In this document: positions 24,979 to 38,119 of the stretch, one piece after another
Numbering within the stretch: the stretch's first letter is position 1
Layout of the letters: each line of letters begins with the position of its first letter
Source of the DNA: Vicugna vicugna
Lineage: Eukaryota
Direction: 5' to 3'
DNA length: 64,000 bases
NCBI GenBank assembly: GCA_013265495.1
Contig: MU058531.1
Span: forward strand, 310,001 to 374,000
Notes under the pieces: model-generated
The model's input: only the letters and a program-made list of their open reading frames with translations
The model's database searches: none
What the model was told of the DNA's origin: nothing
Position numbers and translations under genes: made by a program

Positions 24979-27681
24979 CAAAGCTTTAAATGTAATAGAA
25001 AGAACAATTATTATTCTTTTCACACTCAAATATCATCAATTTACATACTGTTTAATTAAATAACTTAATTTCAATAAATAATTTTGGGAAAAAACCACAA
25101 CTGGCTCTTATTTGCTTAAACTCAACCTGGTATATTGGAGAGTCTCTAATCACCCGGAGGTGAGCCTTCAGCCTGCTAGGGTATCAGATGCATTACATGC
25201 GGTACTAAGAGGATTTGGTTAGTTTGCTTCATTTACGAGTTAGATCTTGCTGGCCCAGGAGTCATTCCGTCCCTGGCTCTGCATTTCTCTTTGTTGGTCC
25301 ATTATGTGCCATTAGGCCATCAGAGGGCAAGCTCATTTCCCTTCATTAGCAACATGTGCCTCCAGAGATTAGTTTTTTTCCTTCTCTTTACTAGTGAAAG
25401 AGGTGCCAGAGAAATCATGGTGGAATCACTAAAGGCAGCCACACTTCATCCCTACACCTGAAGGGGAAATGTGATACTCTGGTCCTCTGGTGAGCTCCCC
25501 CAGGGGTCAGCATGGTAAATCCAATCCTGACACAGTATTCCTTGGGTGAGCTGATGCTCTGATTGGGGATGGGTATGTAAAATGGAAAATCTGAGTTATG
25601 AAAGTTCAGGATCCCAATCATGGGTTACTTTGGACTAAGCTTAGCACTGAGAGACCAGGGTCTTCATTCCTGTGAACCAGCGTCATCCAGGCAGGGTCCT
25701 GGGCCAGCCATGCACCTGTTGACAATTTTCCAAAACTTGAATGTACGACAAAAGGAGAGAAGCAGGTTCTTTGAGTGTCATGTTGAAGCATTGCTTAATA
25801 GGGTCATCCAAGAGTACTTGATTCTTTTGTTTTGACTTATTATTTTCTATTGAGGCTCAGATTCAGTGAAGTTTCAGATTAATGGGTAGATCTTATTTAG
25901 TACAGATGAAAATGGGTCTGTCTTGTAGAAAAGATTACCTTAAAGGTTATATTTTTAAGGCCCTGTGGGACATTATCAGTTTTACATCCAACCTAGTATT
26001 CTTATTCTAATATTACAAAAACCAAATGCTAAACATCCCAAATTCCTCGGACAGTCTTGGGCCCAGCTTTCCATGAATGAGTTGACTAAGGCTTTGGCGT
26101 GTTTTCATTATTTGGTTGCTTTAACAGTCTGGTTTGCGCCATACTTTGACGTGCCTCTGTCAGGCTGATTTAGGATCTGTCTCTATTAGTGATCCCAAGT
26201 GGGAGAGAGAAATAAAAGCATCTCACCCTGGTTGGGTAGGTAGGATAGGTGGACTGACTGCCTCTGTTATTCCACTTAGGTTTCCAAACTCTTGGAAGAT
26301 TCAAGAGTAGGACAGCATCCCTAAGGTTTTCTGCTCTTCGTAAGGGAGGTGAGGTGAAGCAGTAGTGGTGGTGGTGGTGAGGATGGGGCTCCAACGATTA
26401 ATTGGAAAATAAAAATGATATGACTATAGTCTACTTTGTTTGTGGGGCAGCTTATATATGAGATATTTAGAGCAGTGGATTACTTTTAAATAATCTGAGT
26501 CAAACTCATTCTCTTCCCCTTGTATTTCTGTTAGTGGCATTTGAAAGGGGTCCTGAAACTGCAAAGATGAGGGGGTGGCGCACGGCGTTGTGGGTCTTTA
26601 AGCACTTAAATAGATGTATGCTTGCTGGGAGTTACAGTACAAAGTGTAGCTCACTTTGAATCATTACAATGAAACTATCTGATCTTGAAAATTTTCAGAA
26701 TCAGAAAATAAATACGATTACCTCTCTTTTTATATTGTTTGGCTTGTTCTGAAATTTATCTAGTCAGTCACTGCTAAATCTAGCACTGGAAGTGTCATAC
26801 CCATTAGGATTACTGTTCCTAATGTTTGTTGAACGTTTCTTATCACCAGGCACTCTTCTAGTCACTTACCTGTAGTAATTCACTTTCATAATGAAAAGAA
26901 ATCAAATGATGCCACATTGTTGTTTTGTAATAAATGTGATGGCAGCTGTTATAGATGAGGTTCCCCAGAAAGCAGACTATGAGATGGAGATGTGTGTATA
27001 GGAGATTAATTAGAACATCTTGAGGAAATGAAAGACACAGGATGGGTCAGAGGGAGAAGTTGGGTGGTGATGCAGTGATAACAAAGACCTCAGCTCATCT
27101 CATAGGAAGCTCTGAGTTTTTGAACCCCTGCATGGACTAGTCTTTGGATGCAAGCTTACCCCACAGAAAGGGCTCTGACTTTGAGCAGAGTGTGTTCCTC
27201 AGCAGGGAACAGATACTGGAAGGGAGGCTCATTGTGAGCTGTCAGTCATCAACACTTTGAGAAGTTAGGGGAAAGAGTGTTTCATTCCTGAAATGGTAGT
27301 GGGATCTGAACATCCACTAAGCAAGCTTTGGCTTATGTTGTGCTTATAAAATAGGCTAATCTAATTTTCATGTTTTAATACCCACAATTTCTAGACACCC
27401 ATGTTTCTGGGCACTCCTCGTAGGATCTTTTAAAGGGCTCCTTTGGCTCTTTCCTACTTAAATGTTATTTCCTGAGGTCTCAGCCTCAACTCTTCTTATC
27501 TCAAACTACATTTATTTTCTAGGAGATTTCATCAATGCTCATACCTTTAGCTTCTTATACATAGGACAACCCACCATGCTATTTTTTATGTATTCCCCTA
27601 AGTAGTGATGTGGAGCTACCATTGTGTAGCATATTTCCTTTACTAGACCTCTTGATGGTATCAGAATCTCGTGACTGCACA

Positions 27682-28032
27682 CTGTCTTAGCTCTGGATGC
27701 AGTTACAGAACACCATAGACTGGATAGCTTAAACAGCAGACATGTGTCTCACAGCTCTGGAGGCTGGGAAGTCCAAGATCAAGGTGCCGACAGATTTGGT
27801 TCCTGGCTGGCCAGTGGCTGTCTTCTCAGTGTGTCCTCACATGACAGAAAGAGAAGTTCTTGTTCCCTCTTCCTTTTCTTATAAGGACACAAATCCATCA
27901 TGGGAGACCCACCCTCATGACCTCACCTAAACCTAATTGCTTCCAAAGTCCCCACCTCCAAATACCATCACACTGAAGGGCTAGGGCTTCAACATTTGAA
28001 CTTGGGGGGACACAAACATTCCATCCATAACA
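27682..28032 (-). mobile_element. MaLR LTR (MLT1A/B-like)
   Basis: ctcacagctctggaggctgggaagtccaagatcaaggtgcc...acacaaacattccatccataaca. Confidence 0.85.
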
Positions 28033-28074
28033 CACCCTACCACAAAGTTATATCAAGAAATTGAACAGAAAATC

Positions 28075-28545
28075 AGTAAAGCACAAATGTCCCCCATTTC
28101 CAATAATAGATAGACCCCCCAGAAATAAAATTAATAAGGAAATAGCAAACTTGAGTAACACTATGAACAAATGGACTTAACAAATGCATAGAGAACATTT
28201 CATTCAATAGCAGATGAAGGAATGTACCTTAATATAGTAAAGGTACATAGATGACAAACTATAGCTAACCTCATACTCTGGTGAAAAGCTGAAAGCTTTT
28301 CATCTAAGATTTGGAAAGATGCCCACTCTCAACATAGTCCTGGAAGTTCTAGCCAGAGCAATGAGGCAAGAGAAAGAAAGAAAAGCCATAAAAGCCATCC
28401 ATAACTATTGTGAGGCGATGGATATGTTAATTAGCTTGATTGTGGTAATCATTTTATAATGTCTATGTGTATCGAAACATTATGTGGTATACCTTAAACA
28501 TATTTAGTTTTTTGTTTGTCAATTTTTGTACATCAAGAAAGCTGA
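28075..28545 (+). mobile_element. Fragmented L1 (ORF2 pieces and 3' end)
   Basis: ggtgaaaagctgaaagcttttc, ctggaagttctagccagagcaat, gatggatatgttaattagcttgattgtggtaatc. Confidence 0.75.
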
Positions 28546-28884
28546 ATACCCACTGTTGTGGGTAGATTGAATCTATGGAGTCTGGGAATTCCTGAGTGAC
28601 TTCAGGCTGAAAACCTGTTTTCTCTTAACTAAAACTTTCGATTTTTTATTCTGTTTCCCAAGTGGCATGTGAAGTCTCAGGCTACACAGTTTTCAGGAAT
28701 TCCAGGGAAGATACTGAGTCTTATAAATGGCAAAAAGCTCCACCTCAGTTGAACTGCCACCTCCCCTTTCCACTAGCACTAGCCCTGCTTCTCTGGTTAG
28801 ACTGCTAGACTGCTACTCCTTTATCTTTCGTTTCCTTTTCTCTCCTTTTCTTTCCTTTTTTCTTTCTTTCTTTCTCTCTCTTTT

Positions 28885-29543
28885 ATTTTTGTAGTAAGAA
28901 CATTTAGCATGAGATCTACCCTTTTAACAAAATTTGAGGTATCTGGTACCGTGTTGTTAACTCTAGGCATGATGTTGTTCAGATCCTTAGAATTTATTCA
29001 CCTTACATAACTGAAACTTTGTATCTGATGAATAGCAACTCTCCATTTCACCTACCTCTTCCTGCCCCAGCCCCTGGAAGCCACCATCCTACTCTCTGCT
29101 TCTGTGAGTTTTGTTATTTTAGATTCCTCATGTAAGTGGTATCATGCAGTATTTGTCCTTCTGTGATTGGCTTATTTCACTCTGCCTAGCGTCCTCTAAG
29201 GTTCATCCATGTTGTTGTATATGACAGTGTTTCTTTCTTTTTAAAGCCTGAATAATATTTCATTGTGTGATACCACATTTTGTCTATCCATTCATCTATC
29301 AATATTGGCTATTGTGAATAATGCTGCAGTGAACATGGAGTGCAAATATCTGTGTGAGATTCTGATTTCAGTTCTTTTGGATAAATACAACAAATTGGGA
29401 ACACTTGATCATATGGTTATTCTATTCTTAAGTTTTTGAGGGAACCCCATACTGTTTTCCATAATGGCTACACCATGATACATTCCCACCAGTGGTATAC
29501 AGGGTTCCAGATTCTCCACATCCTTGCCAGTCCTTTGTTTGTT

Positions 29544-29574
<31 letters not shown>

Positions 29575-29825
29575 TTCTCTCCTCTCCTTTCTGCCTTCCT
29601 TCCTTCCTCTCTCTTTCTCTCACTCTTTCTTTCTCTCTTCCTTCCTTCCTTCCTTCCTTCCTTCCTTCCTTCCTTCCTTCCTTCCTTCCTTCCTTTTGTT
29701 ACAGCTATCCTAACAGATATGAAGTGTTATCTCACGGTTTTGATTTCCGTCTCCCTGATCATTAGTGTTGGAGAGTATCTTTGGATATACATGTCAGCCA
29801 TTTGTGTACCCACTTTGGAGAAGTG
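28885..29825 (-). mobile_element. L1MA/MB-type 3' end with embedded (TC)n(CTTC)n microsatellite (29545-29695)
   Basis: gattcctcatgtaagtggtatcatgcagtatttgtc, catactgttttccataatggc. Confidence 0.85.
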
Positions 29826-31383
29826 ATAGATTAGTATTTCTTTACTTTGTCTTGTGTAGAAAAACATAGACAACGCAGTACCCATCTGCAAGGCAGGCCC
29901 AGAGAGTGCTGATTACCCTTCCAGATGTCCCCTGGGAGGGACAGTAGCCTGCAGGTGGAGAGCTTGGGCTCCGTACCAGACTGCCTGGAGTGAATCCTTG
30001 AGTGAGTTTCTTGTCTTCTTTGTGTGTCTCTTTCCTCATAAAATGATACCTTCATTATAGGATTGTTGTGTGATGAAACGAGACACTGCAAGTAAAGTGT
30101 AAAACTGTTCCTCTGGCACTGCTTTCATGATCTATACACATGAATGATTAATTTAATATCCTTTTGCTGTATATTTATTATTATTTCTCTACTTGTCTCT
30201 TTTTCAGTTATGTTTTTTCTCTCTGCCCACCCAGAGAAAACTGGGTCGGCTCACCCAGTTCCTGTCCCTGTGTGCAGGAGCGTACTGGTCCTGGCGTGTA
30301 CAGGTGTTATATGTTGGGTGACTCCAAAGCCTCTCTCTGGTCAGACCCTTCTTTTGAGCCCAGGAAACTTATGGTTGGCTCCTTGTTAGGAACTTCCTCC
30401 TGCATATCCCAGAGATACCTCATATCCAACAATTTCAAAACCAAATTGAGAATCTTTCTTCCCAAAGTTTCTAGAATCACTGTACACAGTTTTCCAAGGC
30501 AGGAATGTTGAAGTCATATCAGATTCTCACTCTTCCACTCTGCATATGCAGTTGTTCATCAAATACTTAGAGATTCTACCACATCCATTTTGCTTCTCCT
30601 CAGTTCATCTCATTCTTTCTAATCCCATTTCTCAGCGTAGATTTGGGCTCTCATTGTTTCTTTAGTGGATATATCAGTGGTCTTCTAACAGCTCATTTCC
30701 CAGGCCCCACTACTGTCTTCTCCAATTAGGCTGACATATAATTTGTCAACCAAATCGTGATACTTTGGAGAGTGAAACAGGAGTGTTATTAAACATAACA
30801 CTCAGAAAGCAGACATCAACAAGGACAGTCTCAGGCAAATTGGGACACACGGACACCCCTCTCATTTACCCTGCACAGCTGTCGGGATGGGCCTTCTGAA
30901 GCACTTGTCTGACCCTGTCACTTGCTCTCCCATATAGTGTGTCTAAGGGGAAAGCAGGTACTGTTCTAATGACTGGAGCGTTCTGCTCTGCTTCTCTGGA
31001 TTTCTTGTTATAAATCAATCAATTAGCTCTCTGCATTTCTTGAAGTTTGGGGCAAATTTTTGCAAAAAAGAAGTCTTCCCAGGGTTGGATCACTTCTGAG
31101 TATCAAAAAAAAGAAAAAAAAAAAAAGAAAAAAGCTTTGGGATTTATCACGCTTGAAATATGCTGAGCGGGTGCAGACATTACCCAAGACAATTCTGCTC
31201 TCCCCACTAGGGGTACTTCTCATCAGTGACACTGCCATCACCCAGCCTTCAGCTGTCATCTCTCAACTGCTGCAGATCAGTGGTTGGCCAAATCAACACA
31301 TGAGTGGTTTGATAAATGACTGAACAATGCTTAAAATGGCCAGTGAACCTTACTAAGTATATCAAAGTTTATCACATTAGCTT

Positions 31384-31807
31384 TCTTTTTGTTTTTTTAA
31401 ATTAAAAACATTTTTTAAAATTGAAGTACAGTTGATTTACAATGTTGTGTTAGTTTCTGGTATACAGCATAATGATTCAGTTATACATATGTATAATCTT
31501 ATTCATATTCTCTTCCATTATGTTATTACAAGCTATCAAACATAGTTCCCTGTGCCCTATAGTAGGACCTAGTTGTTTATCTATTTTGTATATAACAGTT
31601 TATATCTGCTAATCCCAAACTCCCAATTTATCCCTCCCCTCTCTCCGTCCCCTCAGTAACCATAAGTTTATTTTCTGTGAGTCTGCTTCTGTTTTGTAAA
31701 TAAGTTCGTGTCAGCTTTTTAGATTCCATATATAAGTGATATCGGATGGTATTTGTCTTCCTCTGTCTGAGTTACTTCACTAAGTATGATCATCTCTCGG
31801 TCCACAT
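31384..31807 (-). mobile_element. 5'-truncated L1 3' end
   Basis: Homologous to 15149-15600; TSD ATTAGCTT (31376-31383, 31808-31815). Confidence 0.88.
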
Positions 31808-34800
31808 ATTAGCTTCCTGGACTTCAGGGAAAGTATCAAAAGAAAAGATTTTCCTGATGAGAGTACATTTGCTTTTCCTTCGCTGAAGGATGGAGTTCTT
31901 TCTTACAACTGCTCTGAGGAAACCAGGAGTGCTTTTAACTGATATTTGCAATCTTTCCTGAATATTACATTTCTCATTAGGTAAGAAATCTATGTTCGGA
32001 TTCTATATAATTCTGCATCTTTTCAAATTCTATATCTATATTCAGATTTCTATATTCGAGCAGAGAAATGGAAACTTACGGAAGAGCAAAAGGAAATAAA
32101 AGTTCCCATCTTTCTACCTTGTCCATAAAATCTTATTAATATTGGGTGCATTCCTCAGATGTGTTCTATGTGAGTGAGTATAAATGCTCACGTATGACAA
32201 AAGCAGGAGCACACTAAGCATGCTGAAGGGCAACTTGCTTTTTTGGCTTAGAAATAAAAAATGCTGTTTACATGAGTAAGCGGCTCTGCGTCATTGTCTG
32301 TGAAAGCTGCACTGTATTCCATTGTATGATTGCTCCATTCTTTACTGAGCAATCTTTTATTTTCTAACATTCCGGAAGTTTCTAACTTTATCGCTATTTA
32401 GGAAAATGTTCACTCAGTCTCCTTGAATATACATCTTTTCCTATTGTGATTATTTCTTTGGGATTAATTTTTGTAGGAGGATTTGCTGAACAACTTTCAG
32501 ACCTCTGAGCTCTCTGGGCTTGGCATGTGTGTGTGTGGCTGAGCCTCCTCGCCTGCCTGGGCAGTGTTTCTGATGGAGCCTCACATTCTCTGGTTGTTTA
32601 TTACAAAATGCTAAGTTTTAAGCTTGAAGGAATGCATTAAGCATTTTTTTTTTCATTACAGTCTTTTAGTTGTGTTTGTGCAGGCAAGCTGGAAGGAGAC
32701 ATGCTCTAAAGAATTTGTTTGCAGAAAAATTCAAGCCCCATGTATATATTTCCCTCAAAAATATTTCTTGATGTTGTTTCTTCCTTGACTCTTGGGTCAT
32801 TGAGGAAAGAAACCCAAACAAACATGGCTTCACTTCCCCTCTATGGTTTACCTGGCTAATGGCCTCAGTCTAATGATTGAACATTTCTAGGGAAGATATG
32901 AAAAGATACTTCCTATAGTTCTAATTTTGAGTAGACATCTATCCAATAGAAGCACTTTGAGTCAACCAGGAAAAAACGATCAGGATGCAGCATATAATTG
33001 AATTCTCATATTTTATTCTTCAAATACTTCTTTGGCCAAATTTGGTATTTTTCTGGACCCACAAAAAGTAAAGTTTGTGTCAGAGTCCTTTGTGATCAGT
33101 GTCAGGTAAAAATTGTCAGCATGACTCAGAGCGTGATGGATTGTGGAAGATTGACTCCTCAAGAGAAAACCTGCCAAATGACCCTCCGAGATGACAGCAT
33201 TTGGACGAGTAATACATATTCTCCATTTAAAAAGACACTGTCAAAATTAAAGTCACGTTTCTTTTCTTAGTGACTGTCACCTTGATCTTTCATGCTCAGC
33301 ACTACTTTCCTCTTTCTAAATCAAAGAATTGTTTTTTGCTTGATAGATGTCTCCAGGTCCACCCTAACTGTCTCTCCAGAGGAGTCTTCCTTTCCCTTTG
33401 GTCTTTCAACAGGTGCAGGAGAGGGATGGGGTAGGGGGTGGGAGCTGAGGCTTTGTTTGCACCTGGAGTGGCTTTTTGCCATCTGAATTCTGAAACCCTA
33501 AAACATTAACCCAAGGGACAGGGACAATAAGAGATGGATCAGCCTTTTTTCCCTCTAGCATCGATTTCTTGAATCTATGAATAATGACTTCATCATAGTG
33601 TACAATTATGGCAAAGGCCCTGATCTGGGGAGCAGTTTGTTGATGGCAAACGTAATTGCTAACTAATGTTATGATCATGTCAGTAGAACCGGGGGACCAT
33701 TCAGGCTTCTCAGTTAAGCACTGGGGACTTGAAGGTGTTGCTGCTGTAGTCATAGGCAATGCTTCTGCAGTAGACAATCTGTAGATCACAAGACTGCAAT
33801 TATGTATTGCTTCTTTAGAGACTCTCCTGTCTGTAGAATCCATGAATTCTGGACATTTTCCTCCCAACCTAATGATGCCGAAGCATATGGGAGGACCCAA
33901 GCCCAAAGATATCCATACAAGTCCGTATTCTTAAGTAGATGCTAAAGATGCCAGGAGCTAACAAGTTAGTGAGTTGGCTTCTCCTGGGATAAAGGGTGAG
34001 ATTTGCAGCAGTCAGTTCACTTGTCTCTCTGGATAATGGTCCTTTCATCCTTGACCATAAAATGTGGATGGCTCCAATGTGGGAAAGAGGGGGATGGAAT
34101 TGGGAGAAGACAGAAAAATGTGTGTTGGAGGAAGAAGTCTTTGATTTAAATTTGTATAAATGTGCACATTTTTATGTTTCCTAAATTTACATTCTTTTAA
34201 GGAGACAAAAGGGCTTGAATCATAAAAAGAGCAGTCTTGTCAGTCATGATAAATAATATACAAGACTTTGGAGCTGCCAACCTTCTTAACCAGACGTACG
34301 TGTTCTCAAGTCAGTTGATCAAAAATGTGGGTGGCTTGGGAACCCCTGATTTTGTGACTGGTCTGAAGTGACAGCAGTCTAGTGGGGAACTGTGCCCTTA
34401 ACCTGTAAGTTTGACCTAATTCCAGGTAATTAGCATCAAAAGTCAATTTCAATACTAAAAAAATCATTGGAAAAACATTGAAATAATACAGTGCTTGGCA
34501 CAGAACTGTTGCTCAAAAATGTCAGTTACAGGGCTTTCAGTTAAGCAGGACCAAGGCACAGTCTATACTGGACTGAAATGAAATGGATAAAATCTACAGT
34601 TCTGCCACATCTAACTGTGGTAACCCATTCAAAATCATCATCAGAAGAGACAACTTATTCCACCAGTTTTGCCTTGTCAAAATATTTGTCAGAGAAGAGG
34701 TACTGTGAACGAAGGCAGAAAGATGGATCTGTGAAAATTCCTGAGCTGAAATATTTAAAATTCCACTAGGAACACAATGAGAGTTGAGAACATTGTCAGT

Positions 34801-37800
34801 TAGCAGAATTTACACTCAACAAATATTCCGGCACCAGTAGAAAGAATATTTTCTCAGTTAAAGCTATTATGGCTCTTACTACAAAAAGAGTCCATTTGAA
34901 GATGTCAACAACTTCTAGTTTATTAATTGTAAAGTGTAAGGTAACTTTGAAGAGCATTTCAGGCAGTTTTCTAAGAACTTAATAAAACTATATTGAAAAA
35001 TTTCTTTAGAAAGGTAAAACTGACATGATGTGGAAGACAGATGTGGCTGAGAAACCAGACAGTGTATGTGGCTATGTGCTGGTTCACTCAGAATAAGAGC
35101 CAAAGTCCAAAGTCCTTAGGATGGCTAGTGAGGCTCTCCTAAAGTGCTCAGCCGTCTCTTTCTCCATGAACTCTTCTCCTAATCCTCTGTCCTTGCTCCC
35201 TCTGCTCCAGCCACACTCCCCTCTTGGCAGTCTGGTTGTCATTCACACTCTCAAGGGACACCCTGCTGGCATAGTCAAAAAAGGTTGGTTGACCACAAAG
35301 CCAGAAAACATGTTTCAAGTCCCCGGTGCTCTGAATGTGCCTTTTGTAATTATTTATCATCAGAATTAATTCCTACTCCCTTTTAGTTCATCTGAATGAC
35401 GTGAAATTGCCAAATAATGGCGTTCTATAAAGCAGGAAGTAATTAATTGCCCCAATTGTCTCGTCTCAATCTCTCTCAAATAAACCAACAAGTGCCAAGC
35501 AAAATCAAAGAGAATGCAATAAAGAAGATACAGATACTAGATGGAAGTATTTATATATCACCACAGGAAGATGCATCTGTTCATTTGTTTACTTTGTTTA
35601 AGCCACAGGCTTTAATGTAATTAACCCCAGTTACCAAGGGGCTAATTATCTAGTCGTGTTTTCATCAACTTTATCTTTCCTTAAACAAGAGGTTCACACG
35701 GCTTCCTCCTCTCATCTCTTTCATTTTTCTTTACTCTCACCCCCAAGCACTTTTACTTTCAAAATTTACTAGCGATGCCAGACTAACCAGCCTTTTCCAA
35801 GTCTTCATCCAGTTATGCCCAAAGGGCTTTTAGCAGGTGACCACCTACCAACTCAAAACACTCCATTTTGGGTTTCCGTGACAGATTCTTTCTCTCCAGT
35901 GCCGTAACCCTTCTAATCTCTATCTCTTTGTAGAGAGATAGACAGTCTCCAATCTCTCTAATCTAATCTCTGTCCCCATTGTTTGGTTCCTGTCCACTAA
36001 CAGCCTGTAATTTTGTTCTTTCCTCTCCCCTCACTCCTCATTCGAGCTCATTTACCCTAATGGTTTGTCACTTCTGTAGTGCTGACTACCTAATCTCTAA
36101 ACTCAACCCTACCCTCTCTCCTCTGACACATTTGCAACCACTTCCTGGAGCTGACCTGCATATAAAGGACTGCCATACTCTCAGAATCAATGTAGCAAAA
36201 TTGAATTCCAGACCACTTCCCCTTCCTAATCATCTCATTTCTGTCTTGGGCATTATTTCAATCTCCCAGGCAACAAAGACTTCAACACAAGAGAAAAATG
36301 CAATGAATAGAAAGTGGAAGTCATCTTTCCTCCAAAAGAAGGTTTGCTTTCAGCTTCTTTGTGTCTTCACTATGCTCCCGTGTCCCTCCACATGTGGTGG
36401 TCCCGCATCATCCTTCCATTTCTCATTCTCCAAGTGTGCTCTGATGCCCTATGCTGTTCCCCACTGTTCCCGCTACTGGGTTTTCATGCAACTCATCTCA
36501 TCTCTACTGAGAAATCCTACTTATTCATCAAGGTCCAGTTCAAATCTCATCTAGTGCCTCCAGCCAGAATGACTTTCACCTGACACTCAACCTGTATTCC
36601 TTTAAAGTCTTTGGTGATTAATTTCCATAAATGTCTTTCTCTCTATAACTGGGTGGTGAGTCCCCAGAGATCTGAATCCAGGTCTGATTCTTACATTTTT
36701 TAATCCCAAACAACACACAGATAATACTTACTAAATATTGTTTCAGTGGAAAAGGATACAGTTTCCTAGGCAGGGGCTACAGTATAATCAGACTGATTCT
36801 TGCTGAAGCATTTTGAAGCCTTCTCCCCCTTACTACCTACAATTAAAGGTTAACGCAGAACCACTGGAAAAATTAAAATGCATTAAGCATAGCTAATAAT
36901 GTAAGAGGGATGACAGCCTAGCTGAAGACCCAAGCACACACATTCACGTACCATTAACTAGTCCTTTAACCGTTAAACTGAAGACAGTTACACAAGCAGG
37001 AACTTATCACAAAAAAAAGAGTACCTGACCAGACTGCCAACCTTAGTTAGAACAAATACCTGCTGCCAGAGCCTGCCAGGATGTTTGTTCATTCTTCCAG
37101 ATCGCTAGCAGGAGCTCTGATGACAGCCTGGAGCCCCACCGTCTTAGCTGTCATTATGAAAGGCGTCACTGCAGAGTGTGCCGAGCCCAGGAGTCTGAGT
37201 GGGGAATCTCTGATACTGTTCCCTGTAGGGCTGGCCTCACGCTTGCTGTGGATTCAGTTGCCTTCTCCCTTCACCTGTCCTCAGGGCTGCCCAATGTTCC
37301 TTCTTATCCAACCTCTCCCCTGCCTCTCTCCCCCAGGTATGCAAGACACCTTGCCCATCAGCTGTTGAGAAAGGGTCAGAGATGCAGAGAGGAGAAATGG
37401 GAAAAAAGCTCATTTTTTAATAAAAATAATACATTTACTTTTTTTTTTTAAGTCAAGGAGTATTCCAAGGTTAATAACCAAAACTGCAGGCACTTGCCTC
37501 TTCCTTCCTCATCTCCGTGTACTGCCCAGGTGCAACCACTTCCAGCTCTTTCAGCCATTTCTCATATCATTTACCTTTATCTCTAAGTAATCTACCTATG
37601 CACCTATTCATTTTGCATTTTGATTTTAACATTATCAATTGGTTTTCTGTTAATGGAATTTAGAACCCCGACCCCCACCTCCCCAACACACACACACTCT
37701 GCTAAACCTTCAATATGGCTAAATCACAACTGGGTGCAAAAATAATCAGCATTTTCACTAGCTCAGTCCTGTTGTTAATTATGATTATGTTTTCTTTCTT

Positions 37801-38119
37801 GTTCAACAGTTTTTTTCCTAAGTTAATAAATGCCTTGTTTTTTAGTGCTCACTTTAATCTTAACTAGCTAAATCAGCTCCAAACTTCTCAAAAGAAAATC
37901 TCACAATGTAGGCAAGAAATCAACTCATTTATCAGTTACTTTTTTTCTTTCTTTCTTAGAGTCTCCCCTCTGACATCTCCTGTGTCGATCTGGTCTAATT
38001 GCTCTTGAGACCAACTACACAGCATTGCTCTGGATACATCCTTACTTGCATCCTGGGAATCTCCTCTGTGCCTCTCCTGTGTTGGATGCTCTATTTTCTG
38101 GGTTTCATGTATTTCTCTC

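Noticed and set aside
29436..29826. LPSF-repeat ORFs
   Set aside because: Translation of a (CTTC)n microsatellite inside an L1.
33406..33906. 166-aa ORF
   Set aside because: Non-ATG start, no recognisable domain and no exon structure.
35979..36554. 191-aa ORF
   Set aside because: Lies in pyrimidine-rich, degraded L2-like sequence; no recognisable protein.
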